Positions 16,101 to 26,851 of a DNA stretch of 64,000 nt are shown here, piece by piece. The notes under the pieces are model-generated. The model was given only the letters and a program-made list of their open reading frames with translations. It had not been told where the DNA came from and did no database searches. The stretch is from positions 1 to 64,000 of the forward strand of contig JBHLQH010000006.1 in assembly GCA_048884965.1 (NCBI GenBank), read 5' to 3'. This stretch comes from Candidatus Thorarchaeota archaeon. Its GTDB lineage: Archaea > Asgardarchaeota > Thorarchaeia > Thorarchaeales > Thorarchaeaceae. The translations under genes were made by a program, and so were the position numbers. Numbering within the stretch: the stretch's first letter is position 1; each line of letters begins with the position of its first letter.

Positions 16101-18045
16101 GCATGGTGAACATATAGGAAATCTCTTGCTTGATAGACCCGAGATGGATTTCATAGTCAGTCCATTTTTCAAGAATCTCGTTATTCAAGACTGCAAGCAG
16201 CAAACCTCCTCGACCAGATGGAGCATATATCTTTGCAGCTAACGAACCTTCTTTGCTCCAGTAGAGATGGATGAACGGTGAAATCTCTATTAGCCATTTC
16301 TTCACTCTGTTCAATGCTCGCTTATCAATTGAAGGAATCAATATCAATGCTCCTTCTGAAAGACCTGAGTATTCTAGGGATGGATAATAGAGGGGAATCA
16401 TTGCAGAAGCTTTTGTGACCCGGTCAACGATTTGAGCAATCAGTCTGCTGTCCATTTCTATCATTGACAGTATGAGATTTCGATTTCCAGGAGACCCTCT
16501 GTTCAGCAATAGATGGGCCATAAGAAGCACATCATCTGGAGTGAGATTGATACTTTTACCCTTGATACTTGACGTGTCAAAGTATGTCCAGTACTTCTCT
16601 TCACTTGGCGAAGATCGCTCCCAAGGTCTAAAGTTCCACAATCGCTTTTCAGTGTCATAAAGGTCGAGTCGGTATGATATGAGTTCCTCTTCCGTTATGA
16701 AATCACTAGCACCCAGCTCAAGATTCTTAGGTCCCCCGCTATCACGTGGCTCAAGATGAATAGTTGCCCCTTCAATATTTGCGAAAGTGGGGAATTCATC
16801 CTGCATCTCTCTAGTAATGATGGTCTTGAATTTGACCTCAAGTGAGCGTAACTCTGCAAGCTCATTCGTTTCTTCCCTAGTCCTATTCTCGGATTGTTGG
16901 AGATCTATTTTTGATTCGATTATTCTGTCCAAGGAAGAAAGTCCTTTTTGCCGGAGAAGGATTCTATATGCTTTCTCGAGGTCTTCGTCTGATATATGTG
17001 GATTCGACAATGCTTCTTTGAATTCAGTGGGGATGATAATATGGTGTCGGTCTATATCTCCCCATTTGTATCTCCTCCTTTCCTCTATCATCTCATCATA
17101 TGGTCTACAATCAAAACGATGGATTAGTCCTGGTGATGTTTTGTACTTTCTAGCCTTCTCCGTTATTATCCATCTGTGCTGCAGGTCCAACATCTTGGGG
17201 ATTAGAATAGCATGTTCTGTCAGGACCAAGTCCAATAGTGATGCAACATACCGAGCTTTACTAGGGGAGAATCCTGTAGCTTTAGTTACGTCTTGATATG
17301 ATATTGATTGGAATGATTTAGACCTATTGAGTTCCATGCATATTTTCCTGAGTGGCTCATATCCTCCAATTCCAATTTCATGCTTCGATTTTGTGAGAAA
17401 CTCCGGTTGATCCTTGATCATCACACTATCTGGTCGCGAAACCAATTGAGGTACTCTTGAAGGATATTGTCCCGCGTTAGGTCCGTGAAGAATCTCAAGC
17501 CAGTTGAGGCGAACTCCTATCTTTGAAGAAATCTCGTTGACAATGAATAGTGCTGAAGTTATATGGTCGATATCCTGTTGATAGAGAAGCCATTTATGAT
17601 TCCTGGGCAGCCTGCCAAGCATGAGTCTTGAAAGGAAATAGTGGACTCCGGTTTCATATGTCATTGCGTCAGAGTCGAATGAGGGAAGCAGAGATGAGAT
17701 CTGTTTTGAGAATGTATTGCCTTCTACTGCTAAAGAAAGATTTGAGAAATCGCCAAGCATTCTGGTGAAATCGGATTCCTTCACAGATTCCTTCGGAAGC
17801 GGAGCCAGCTTGCTTCGCTTCTCAATACTGTCTGGATGAAGTGTTGGTTCTTTTCCTTGATACTTGAGATCCTGCAACGACTGACGAAGAACAAGCTCAT
17901 CGCTCACGAACCTGTTCAAGACACTGTAATATCTCTTGGTAGCAAGAACCACCTTTACTACGCACTCCTGTATATTCAAAGATTCTCGTTGCACAAATAT
18001 CCTACAATTCAATATATACAAGGCTCTTATATCTGTATCACTCAT
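16045..18045 (-). CDS. Large hypothetical protein with probable tandem Lrp/AsnC-like (HTH + RAM) modules
   Basis: 666 aa; HTH-like SYQDVTKATGFSPSKARY followed by IPKMLDL; second unit LTPDDVLLM...YYPSLEYSGL. Confidence 0.5.
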   Translation of the reverse strand: MSDTDIRALYILNCRIFVQRESLNIQECVVKVVLATKRYYSVLNRFVSDELVLRQSLQDLKYQGKEPTLHPDSIEKRSKLAPLPKESVKESDFTRMLGDFSNLSLAVEGNTFSKQISSLLPSFDSDAMTYETGVHYFLSRLMLGRLPRNHKWLLYQQDIDHITSALFIVNEISSKIGVRLNWLEILHGPNAGQYPSRVPQLVSRPDSVMIKDQPEFLTKSKHEIGIGGYEPLRKICMELNRSKSFQSISYQDVTKATGFSPSKARYVASLLDLVLTEHAILIPKMLDLQHRWIITEKARKYKTSPGLIHRFDCRPYDEMIEERRRYKWGDIDRHHIIIPTEFKEALSNPHISDEDLEKAYRILLRQKGLSSLDRIIESKIDLQQSENRTREETNELAELRSLEVKFKTIITREMQDEFPTFANIEGATIHLEPRDSGGPKNLELGASDFITEEELISYRLDLYDTEKRLWNFRPWERSSPSEEKYWTYFDTSSIKGKSINLTPDDVLLMAHLLLNRGSPGNRNLILSMIEMDSRLIAQIVDRVTKASAMIPLYYPSLEYSGLSEGALILIPSIDKRALNRVKKWLIEISPFIHLYWSKEGSLAAKIYAPSGRGGLLLAVLNNEILEKWTDYEIHLGSIKQEISYMFTMPSKLFDSEMTRWRDPWTS

Positions 18046-18226
18046 ATAATAAGTCTTATGAACGTCTATTTCATGCTATAGAGTTATTATAATGTTATTA
18101 TTAGCAAAATTGATGCTATAATTGACTATAGTTTCACGACACAAAAGTAAGCTATCTCTTTGTCATGTCTAATACTGAGCAACACGTCATAGTGGACGAT
18201 GAGAGTCGTCCTTGAGGTGAAAAGGG

Positions 18227-18826
18227 ATGCAACAGACTGACATAGTGTTCCTAGTATTAGCGAATCTATACTTCGCGTTTCAATGGACCCCTATCATCAT
18301 GGTGGTCATTACAGTAATACGAGGGGCATTATTGTTGAAAGGTCAGAAAAGGGAATTTGAGGATTGGTTCCGCAACCCTTGGATGACCTTTCTTTCCATA
18401 TTCTTTCTACCTGGTACTCTGATCTATACAGGAATTCGATACGTGGTTTCTAAGATTGCTGGAATCAAAATCGCTCGAGTTAGTGGCACCTCCACCTATG
18501 GTGAACTGAATATGTTCATCGAGGTAGAACGTCCCCCTCGTGTCGGAGTGTTGATCGTTGCTCTGTATATGAACATCATGCTTTCGGTGTTTGTAGCTTT
18601 GACCTTGCTGGTCCTTCCCCTAGTGCTGATTCTCGATTTAGCTTGGACCGGGATTTGCATCTATGTTTCATTGGGCGTCCTGTATAACAGCTCACTACGA
18701 AGTGGAGATGCTGGACTTGTACTCTCGTCATTGCGTCAAAAACCGAGATCTGGTGCAATAGAGCTCATAGTTGTCATTGTCAGCATTGCTGTGCTTTACT
18801 GGCAAACATTGGGGGTACCGCTATGA
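18227..18826 (+). CDS. Multi-pass membrane protein
   Basis: 199 aa, ~5 hydrophobic segments, GAGGTGA SD. Confidence 0.8.
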   Translation: MQQTDIVFLVLANLYFAFQWTPIIMVVITVIRGALLLKGQKREFEDWFRNPWMTFLSIFFLPGTLIYTGIRYVVSKIAGIKIARVSGTSTYGELNMFIEVERPPRVGVLIVALYMNIMLSVFVALTLLVLPLVLILDLAWTGICIYVSLGVLYNSSLRSGDAGLVLSSLRQKPRSGAIELIVVIVSIAVLYWQTLGVPL

Positions 18827-18957
18827 GCACAGAACAAAGCCAAGTCTGGGAGGGAGCTATCCCCTTCGTTGATGTATATCAACATGTCAATCCCGACACT
18901 CACGCCCCTGCTTCCCTCAGACCTGGTAACCCTGTTGGAGAGTGCAGGAATAATTGA
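18823..18957 (+). CDS. Unannotated 44-aa small protein, translationally coupled on both sides
   Basis: MSTEQSQVWEGAIPFVDVYQHVNPDTHAPASLRPGNPVGECRNN; ATGA overlap upstream, TTGA overlap downstream; GGGGGT upstream. Confidence 0.5.
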   Translation: MSTEQSQVWEGAIPFVDVYQHVNPDTHAPASLRPGNPVGECRNN

Positions 18958-21900
18958 AAACAACACATCTGACTACTATTATTCTAATATTTGCTATACT
19001 ACTATCTTGGCCCGCGTCGTCCATAGCTGAACCTATGAGTCTATCTAATAGCTCTTTGAATGCAAGAAACCCATACAATCAACCCTTCGCTCCTGCCGCT
19101 TCAACTGGCATCGGAGCTGATTTGGGTTCCTATCTTATTGTCCATGAGATTGGAATGAGTGTAGATTCCCATGGAATTGAAATCCAGAAACTCTTGGAGT
19201 CAAAAGGTGTTGTCGTAGACCTCATTCAAGCTTCCGACCTTCTTCTCGACCGATCACCCCTTAGTGACGCAATTGCCATAATATGCGACGGAAGTCTTGG
19301 TTCTGACAACGGAACCTCGATCTCTCAAGCTTTGATTGACCTTCTTGTCTGGGCAGACAAACCGACCATTCTCTTAGGTCAGTCTGCTTGGCTATTGCAT
19401 TCATTCAAGGAGGAAGGTCCACCCCAACTGACTGCCCCCGCATCTCTCTACATATATTCCTCACCAGCCTATGCTGGGGCAGTCTTCCTTAATTCTCCGA
19501 ATATTATAGTTTCAGGGAGTGCAATTACCAGTGAGTCGCTATTACTTCCAATTGATAGGACGCAGTCTGAACATTCTCGACTTGTGAATTTGACGTTGGG
19601 AACTGGTTCCTCTGTGCTAGCCCCTCTCCGATATGACTCTTATCCGCTTGATTCTCTTCTCATTGGATTAGAAGACCCAACTCAATGGACTGGTGCAGGC
19701 GAGAACCTTCTTCTTAATGCTCTTGCATACTCTACAACCTTGAGTGAAAGTGTAACTACAAGGACTTTAGCTCAGAGGCAGAGTGCTAGTACCTTGGAAG
19801 GTGGATTCACCTACTATCATGAAGGAACTATTGAATCCGCATACTTTGCTATCACTTCCCTCTACTCTATCTTGGATAGCGTTTCTTGGACCAATTGGGT
19901 TTCAGAGAATGGTGACTTGGTTAAGTCATTGCTTGATTCTCTGTATGTTGACCTAGGATCAGAGGCTGGATTCATGGACTCTCGTAGTGGAGGTAGTATT
20001 GGCCTTAGAAGCACGTCACAAGGTATATGGATTGCCAATACCATGGGTATTGCTTCATCCTATAATTCGACAGAATTGACAAGCTATCTCAGCTCCCGTC
20101 AATCAGGGGATGGAGGTTTTGGGAACATACTCACAACCTATTATGTCACCCAAGCTCTTTCAGTTACTAGTACTCTGAATCAGATAGATACAGGTGATCT
20201 CGAAACTTGGCTTCGAGATTGCGTCATCACCGGTAGCGATACTCCTGATCCCAATAAATGGGGCGGAGTAGCATATTCGCCAGCAACTTCTACACCTCAG
20301 AATAACTATGCGACTAGGTATCTTTTGTCTCTGAGCTTTCTGGGGCTAACTCACGACGATCCTGTAAAGCTCACAAACTGGATTCTTAGTAGGACTGCAA
20401 ATGGCGACGGATCCTTTGACAATACATTATCCACTGGATCTGAGCCCGTCACTGGTACCGCTTCTGCGCTTACTTCACTGGAGTTGCTTGGTACTCTCAG
20501 TCCTTCGAATATTACTTCGGGCGTTGAATGGATCGCGAGAAATCAATTAGGATCAGGTGGCTTTGGGATTAGTACAATTGATATCGATATAATTGCAAAG
20601 ACTGAAGAAACCTCAAACATGGCTATTTGTCTAGGGACAATCGACATCACTAACGAAACCATCTTAGATGGAATTGTATCCTATATGAACAACATCAAGA
20701 GTCCTGCTGGCTTCGAAGGGATGGAATCTGAGCCATCATTGATGTGGAATTATTGGATATTGGAGTCCACTCGATATGCACACGCTGGGTCATCCATAGA
20801 TCAACTTTTAGCTGAGGACTATCTCAACTTCTTCACTACATGGGCTCAATACCCGACTTGGCCAAATATAACTGCGTATATCTCCCCTGAGTATAGCTAT
20901 CTTCAATACAATGCCAAGGGCGTGTGGACACAGTACTTTGGTTCACTAGCAGGTCGAGCTTTAGGAATAAATACTCCATCAAGTATCATCAGCGAAACAG
21001 TCAATTATCTTGAGATATGCCAATATATCACAGGGCACTACCGTCCTACTTCATTCTCTGGAACCGCTCACATGCAGAATACAGTTGCTGCCATTGAAAC
21101 CCTATATCTTCTTGATTCTCTAGATTCCATCAATTACCTTAGCGCTCTTCAGACTGCCGTGATGTCTGAATATTCATCTGGTACTTGGGATTCCTCAGGT
21201 TGGACGATTAATCCATTCACCAACAGCCAAGCAGCAATTGACTGGCTGTCGACTCGAACAGCACTAAGATTGAATCTTGTGGATTCAACAATGGCTTCTG
21301 AGATTGCCGCTTCTATCGAAGGCAGAGTCCAATATGATGATCTCTGGGCTTTGAGCAGAGATGTAGCGACACTTGCACTTCTCAATTCATCCTTTCCTGT
21401 TAGCCTTGAGGCAATAGATGAAAGCCTTGTTCTATCAGCACTGAATTCAGTATTCTCAGATGGATGGTTCAATTCATCAATTCAGTGGCAACCTATCTAC
21501 ACTCAAGGCGTATTGGAAATGATCTCCATTTTGGGAATACGTCCTGACCTACAAGTCCCCTCTGGCTCATCATGCTCCATTTCTATACCTTCAGAGGTTA
21601 GCCAAACAAGCACCATAAGTATCTCTATTTCAATATCCTCTGGAGCCACAACTCATACTGCCTATGTCTTTGCATTCGATGAGTGGATTCAATTTGATGA
21701 TGTTGGCAATTCTGATGTGCTGAGCATTAGCATTCCAACTTCGCCAGACGCACTTGGTCTCCAGAATATCTCTGTGATGATTTGGGACTACAACGCTTCT
21801 CGCAGTTATTCAAAAGGTATGATAACAGTGCTTGGATCTCTGGATGGATCTCTTGATGTTGCGACTCCATCAGTACTTCTAGGCGACTTGATCAATGGCA

Positions 21901-24900
21901 CAATTTCTTGGACCTTGGAGTCTGGTAGTCCAACTGGGAATGCAAATCTTAGTATTCGTCTAGAGAATCTAATGGAATACCAAGAATGGTACTATGTATC
22001 ATCAAGTCCATTGGATTTTGAAATCCCTACAAGTGATTTTGATCCAGGTGTCCAGAATCTCACAGTCACTATAGATGTAGCCGATTGCGAGAGTCTTGTT
22101 CTTGCAGAATCAGTATACATCTTTGCTCCAAATCCGACTTACATTGAATCTGTTGCACACACGACCGGTGAGATAGGTGAACAGATCTCTATTCCTTGGT
22201 CATTATTATTCCAAGAGAATGATTCCTATGTACTCAGTAATGAGGTTTCTATTATAGTAAGAAACTCCTCAAACGATATAGTCTATTCTGCATCGCAATT
22301 CTCAACAGGTGCCATTTCATATTTCAACTGGACCCCCCTAGGACGTGGTAACTATACCTTCACACTTGAGCATATGAGAAATGGGACGATTGAGAGATGT
22401 GTGTTTAATGGTGAAGTAGAGATTTTTGAAGCAACATCTCTTTCATGGATAGCTAACCCAATCGAATCTCAGTATGATTCTGTCACGTTTGTTGTCCATC
22501 TAGAGGACACATCAAGTACTGGTCTTGGTGGATATCCTGTAAACATCCAAGTCATCGCTCCTAATCTTACAGTGGTTTACGATGGTACACAAATCACGAA
22601 CTCGAGTGGCTACATATCCATCGAGCTGGTTTTGTCTTCTAACGGGAATTACACCCTTGAAGCGATATTCGATGGTTCCGGTTTCCTTTACTCATCATCA
22701 GCTACAGATCAGGTGATTGCTTGGTCTGATAGTGTGATCACAGTTGGAGGACTTAATTCAGAGGGATTGGTCAATACAACTTGGACTATCTGGTTTGACC
22801 TGCATGATGCCGTTGGTTATCCTATAGTTGGAGAATCAGTAGATATAACAATCACCTATCTTCCTTCTACTATTGTATACGAAACAACTCTGACGACGAA
22901 TGGAACTGGAGGTGGGTCTCTCCAGTGGATTGCTGATAGTCCTGGCTCCTATCTTGTGGAGGTTGTTTTTTCTGGAACATCATCCCGACAGACTGCTTCT
23001 GACTCTATTTCTGGCTATCTTAGGATACCTGTCACTCTCTCAATGGTAGAGGTATCTAGCTATAAGGTGGGTCAAGTGGGTTGGTGTCAAATTCAAGCTA
23101 CTAATCATGAATCAGAGATGATTCACGGGCTTGAGGTGGAGTTCGTCGTCAGAGATCCTTCTGGAGCCATTTTCTATCAAACCACCGTGATTACTACGAA
23201 TGGACTAGTCAACGTGTCATGGATTCCTGGCGTTCGTGGCGTAAATATGGTTTACATTTCTGCTGACCGAACATCATTCTATGAAGCTGCAGCAATATCC
23301 CAAGAGGCGGATGTTTATGACCAGAGTATAACAACAATCTCCGTTGTAGGGGACCTTGTTGCAATATCCTCTATCATTGTCCGGATAGAGGTTACAGACA
23401 GTCAGGTCATTCCTGTTGAAGGAATCTCAGTGCATACAATTGTATCCCTTAATGGTATTGAGATACTTGACACTTGGAGCGATACATCACCGACTGGTAT
23501 TATCCAATTACCAATCAATCTGACTAGTCCAGGAGACCTTGTTATTGACGCAATAGTCACACTACAGGATTGGTTATTCTCTTCATCCGAACAAGAGTCG
23601 TTGTACATCAAGGGGAGAACATCACTAGATATTGATTCAAATGGTCTTCCTATCTCTCAAGGAAGTACTGTAGGATATCTGGCTCATCTGTTGGATTGGC
23701 AATCTTCTCCAATCTCGGGAGCCACAATAGTCTTTCAAGTAGTTGCCTCGAATGGATCAATCTTACGAACTGCAACAAGAACAACTGGAATTGATGGAAC
23801 CTGTGCATTCGCCTATACATTCAATGTTCTTGGTGACTTCATCATACGGGCCAATTATTCAGGGACATCAGCAAATGCACCATCAACACATCAGCTCGTT
23901 CAGCGAGTGAATGTGAATCCGATTCTCTTGATAACGCATTCACCTACGTCTCTTTACGGTACAGAAGTAGAAGTACAGATAGGTATTCGAGATGCTTTTG
24001 GTGCATTGATGCCGGGTCTATCTCTACGTTTGACGATTAGCTTTGATGGAGATATCGTTTTTGATAGTCAAACTCCCTCATCAACTGGACTCGTTGTGAT
24101 TCATTGGACCCCTGAGGATAGAGGACAAGCAACACTCGCACTCTCATATGTTGGGAGCACATACATCCTTCCGGCCTCCAATTCATCGGTCATATCGATA
24201 CTTGAGCAAGTATCAGGCGCCTTGACGCTATCCGATGAAATCATAGATTTAGGAAATCAAACATCTCTATCCTATCAACTAAGTGCATCCGGAGACCTCT
24301 TTGGCGTTGAAATCGAATTCCAGATTCTTGATTATGATCTTGTACCAATATGGACTACCACTGCATATACTAATGGTTCAGGAATTGCGGCAGTCCTATA
24401 CACAGCATCGGGCGTGACCGGAGTGCTGACTCTTACAGCGGTTCCAGTTGAAGCGCAATTTCTGATTGGTGGTGATACTCAGGACGAGCTTATTGTGATG
24501 TCCTACTGTCATACTACTAGCTCCTTATTGCCAGCTCCCGCTTCATTGGGAGGGCCTTTGAATATCACTATCTCATGTACAAACGACTTGGGCGGCTTGA
24601 TAGATGGACTATCCATTAGGGTTTATCTCTATTATCTCGGGCAGCCTATCAAACTTGGTTATCTTACTGATTGGATTACCGTTGTTACCAACGAGGGGAT
24701 TGCTTTGGTTGAATTCACCCCACAGTACTCAGGATCCTATCAAGTTATTCTGCAATCGAGCGGAAGCGTTAGCATTCATCCAATGAGCTATAGCGCCTAT
24801 CATATCGTTCACAATCCTACCTCCCTAGAATTCGTCGTATTGCGTGGGGATATTGAGGTAGGGGATTCCCTTGAGGTTACTGCAAGATTATCAAACTACT

Positions 24901-26744
24901 ATGGCAATCCAATGGTTGGTCATACGATCTGGTTGTCAGTCGATGGACTCATTGCACCAGTAAATCTGGTAACAAATGACACAGGCTATATTCAATGGAC
25001 TTCCATTATCTCTGTAGAAGGCCAATGGTCTGTTGTAGCAGAATTCTTGGGTGTTGGTGTCTATCTTCCAGTCAGCATTGAGGATGAAATCGATGTAAGA
25101 TACGGCACAGAGGTTTCTGTAGCAAGAATAGACAATGCTACTTTAATTGCAGGGCAAGTTGATCTGAGTGTTGCAGTTCTTCTTGAAGACACTGACGGCA
25201 ATCCTCTCGAAGGTCGAACCATATGGTATCAGGTTTACCACGATGATGTTGGATTCTTATTCGAGGATTCATTTGTACAAACAGGACAATCAGCTGAGGT
25301 TATCGATATTCTACTTGATCGAATGGGTGATTATACCATTATCTTCGCTTTTGTTGGGACTGATCACTACCATCCATCTTCTTCAGCCATCGCTGTGTTT
25401 GTGCTAGGAACAAGTAGGATTATCGTTGATGCAGAACCTGAATATGATAGAAGCTCATCGGAGAATGTAACTATCACACTGCTTGATGAGAGTGATGTCC
25501 TTCTCAATCCAGAGGTTCTATCTCTTGAACTCACACTCGATGGTATCTCCATTGGTCTATCTCAGCGAGTCGTGCAATTCGCTGATAGTCTTGCGTTTAA
25601 TATAACAGGTCTTAGCGTAGGGAGCTATCGCTTGCATGTTTCCCTGGATTCCACTAGTTATCGCATTGGCACTTCACTTGATTTCGAGTTCAATATTACT
25701 ACCGCAGCGTCAATAATTCAATCGGATTCATCTTTGAGCGGCTTAATAGGTCAACCGCATGTGCTTTCTATAGAAGTACGAGATTCTATGAGTATATTGA
25801 TTTCCGATGCCAAGATCTTCGTTAGTATCTATAATCCTGATGGACAGGAGATCTATGGAAGCATCCTTTCTACTCGGACACTAGTTGTAACAGGAGGAGG
25901 ATGTGCGGAGATAGAGTGGACTCCCACAAAAACTGGAAACTATACAATCCTCATCGAATTTGAATCAACCAATTACATCGATGGCACATCATTGACTCTT
26001 ATTATCGAAATGCGATATGAAACCCATATGGATGTGACCATGCCAGAAAGCCTCATCTTCCCAGATCATGGGCGATTAATGGTCACTCTTTCTGGTGGAA
26101 TTGGCAAAGTCACCGGTGCAGAGATATTCATTCACATTCAAGTTGATGGCAATTCGATTGAGGAGCTAACTCTCTCCACTGACGTTCGTGGCTTGGTTCA
26201 AACAGATATCTATCCTACACTTGCTGGGAATATGACAATCGTGATCGAGTATCGAGGGTCTGGTGTCTATGCCGCATGCATCCATACTGTTTCTGTTCTG
26301 GTACAACCATTGGCAGAACTTACCATATCTACTAGTCCTAACTTCTATAGTGGAATGAATGGCTCGATTACAGTAGATGTTGACATTCAAGGACTTGATG
26401 ATGAATGGATAGGAACGTTGAATATTCAGGTCTACGATTACTTGAACAACCTGCTAAGAAACTATACCACTTACACATCAGCTACCGATCAGATTCAGAT
26501 ACAATTCTGGTCTACGAGTATCGGGTTCTATACTGTAGTAGCTGAGATCTCCCAAGTTCCAGTTCTTGGTAGCGTGAATGCCACCGCAACCTTTGCAATA
26601 TCTGATCTACCCCTCAGTATTCCAATGGATGGTAGCAGTACGACTGTGATGAGCAGTGGCATCCTCCTTGGCATTATCGGATTCGCATTGAGAAGACGGC
26701 TAGGTGGAGCGTTGGAGAATGTTTCAGTAGAATGGGATATCTAG
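18954..26744 (+). CDS. Giant cell-surface protein: prenyltransferase/squalene-cyclase-like alpha/alpha repeats, many Ig-like repeats, C-terminal TM anchor
   Basis: Signal peptide; repeats YLSSRQSGDGGFG, WILSRTANGDGSF, WIARNQLGSGGFG; ~100-aa beta repeats (G.Y.....F.G...Y); GILLGIIGFALRRR. Confidence 0.8.
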   Translation: MKTTHLTTIILIFAILLSWPASSIAEPMSLSNSSLNARNPYNQPFAPAASTGIGADLGSYLIVHEIGMSVDSHGIEIQKLLESKGVVVDLIQASDLLLDRSPLSDAIAIICDGSLGSDNGTSISQALIDLLVWADKPTILLGQSAWLLHSFKEEGPPQLTAPASLYIYSSPAYAGAVFLNSPNIIVSGSAITSESLLLPIDRTQSEHSRLVNLTLGTGSSVLAPLRYDSYPLDSLLIGLEDPTQWTGAGENLLLNALAYSTTLSESVTTRTLAQRQSASTLEGGFTYYHEGTIESAYFAITSLYSILDSVSWTNWVSENGDLVKSLLDSLYVDLGSEAGFMDSRSGGSIGLRSTSQGIWIANTMGIASSYNSTELTSYLSSRQSGDGGFGNILTTYYVTQALSVTSTLNQIDTGDLETWLRDCVITGSDTPDPNKWGGVAYSPATSTPQNNYATRYLLSLSFLGLTHDDPVKLTNWILSRTANGDGSFDNTLSTGSEPVTGTASALTSLELLGTLSPSNITSGVEWIARNQLGSGGFGISTIDIDIIAKTEETSNMAICLGTIDITNETILDGIVSYMNNIKSPAGFEGMESEPSLMWNYWILESTRYAHAGSSIDQLLAEDYLNFFTTWAQYPTWPNITAYISPEYSYLQYNAKGVWTQYFGSLAGRALGINTPSSIISETVNYLEICQYITGHYRPTSFSGTAHMQNTVAAIETLYLLDSLDSINYLSALQTAVMSEYSSGTWDSSGWTINPFTNSQAAIDWLSTRTALRLNLVDSTMASEIAASIEGRVQYDDLWALSRDVATLALLNSSFPVSLEAIDESLVLSALNSVFSDGWFNSSIQWQPIYTQGVLEMISILGIRPDLQVPSGSSCSISIPSEVSQTSTISISISISSGATTHTAYVFAFDEWIQFDDVGNSDVLSISIPTSPDALGLQNISVMIWDYNASRSYSKGMITVLGSLDGSLDVATPSVLLGDLINGTISWTLESGSPTGNANLSIRLENLMEYQEWYYVSSSPLDFEIPTSDFDPGVQNLTVTIDVADCESLVLAESVYIFAPNPTYIESVAHTTGEIGEQISIPWSLLFQENDSYVLSNEVSIIVRNSSNDIVYSASQFSTGAISYFNWTPLGRGNYTFTLEHMRNGTIERCVFNGEVEIFEATSLSWIANPIESQYDSVTFVVHLEDTSSTGLGGYPVNIQVIAPNLTVVYDGTQITNSSGYISIELVLSSNGNYTLEAIFDGSGFLYSSSATDQVIAWSDSVITVGGLNSEGLVNTTWTIWFDLHDAVGYPIVGESVDITITYLPSTIVYETTLTTNGTGGGSLQWIADSPGSYLVEVVFSGTSSRQTASDSISGYLRIPVTLSMVEVSSYKVGQVGWCQIQATNHESEMIHGLEVEFVVRDPSGAIFYQTTVITTNGLVNVSWIPGVRGVNMVYISADRTSFYEAAAISQEADVYDQSITTISVVGDLVAISSIIVRIEVTDSQVIPVEGISVHTIVSLNGIEILDTWSDTSPTGIIQLPINLTSPGDLVIDAIVTLQDWLFSSSEQESLYIKGRTSLDIDSNGLPISQGSTVGYLAHLLDWQSSPISGATIVFQVVASNGSILRTATRTTGIDGTCAFAYTFNVLGDFIIRANYSGTSANAPSTHQLVQRVNVNPILLITHSPTSLYGTEVEVQIGIRDAFGALMPGLSLRLTISFDGDIVFDSQTPSSTGLVVIHWTPEDRGQATLALSYVGSTYILPASNSSVISILEQVSGALTLSDEIIDLGNQTSLSYQLSASGDLFGVEIEFQILDYDLVPIWTTTAYTNGSGIAAVLYTASGVTGVLTLTAVPVEAQFLIGGDTQDELIVMSYCHTTSSLLPAPASLGGPLNITISCTNDLGGLIDGLSIRVYLYYLGQPIKLGYLTDWITVVTNEGIALVEFTPQYSGSYQVILQSSGSVSIHPMSYSAYHIVHNPTSLEFVVLRGDIEVGDSLEVTARLSNYYGNPMVGHTIWLSVDGLIAPVNLVTNDTGYIQWTSIISVEGQWSVVAEFLGVGVYLPVSIEDEIDVRYGTEVSVARIDNATLIAGQVDLSVAVLLEDTDGNPLEGRTIWYQVYHDDVGFLFEDSFVQTGQSAEVIDILLDRMGDYTIIFAFVGTDHYHPSSSAIAVFVLGTSRIIVDAEPEYDRSSSENVTITLLDESDVLLNPEVLSLELTLDGISIGLSQRVVQFADSLAFNITGLSVGSYRLHVSLDSTSYRIGTSLDFEFNITTAASIIQSDSSLSGLIGQPHVLSIEVRDSMSILISDAKIFVSIYNPDGQEIYGSILSTRTLVVTGGGCAEIEWTPTKTGNYTILIEFESTNYIDGTSLTLIIEMRYETHMDVTMPESLIFPDHGRLMVTLSGGIGKVTGAEIFIHIQVDGNSIEELTLSTDVRGLVQTDIYPTLAGNMTIVIEYRGSGVYAACIHTVSVLVQPLAELTISTSPNFYSGMNGSITVDVDIQGLDDEWIGTLNIQVYDYLNNLLRNYTTYTSATDQIQIQFWSTSIGFYTVVAEISQVPVLGSVNATATFAISDLPLSIPMDGSSTTVMSSGILLGIIGFALRRRLGGALENVSVEWDI

Positions 26745-26851
26745 GAAATATGCACGAAACTCCGTCTTCATGGATTAGATATTGAGTCACCATAACCCTA
26801 AATACGGTACATCGCAACTAGCCATAGACTCTAACACAGGAGTGTTTTACT

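Noticed and set aside
18194-18211. GGACGA-N6-TCGTCC inverted repeat before the SD of 18227
   Set aside because: A 6-bp stem in single copy is compatible with chance.
18954-26744. Prenyltransferase acting on the Rab-like GTPase
   Set aside because: Signal peptide and C-terminal anchor place the barrel outside the cell, and the gene is 33 kb from the GTPase.
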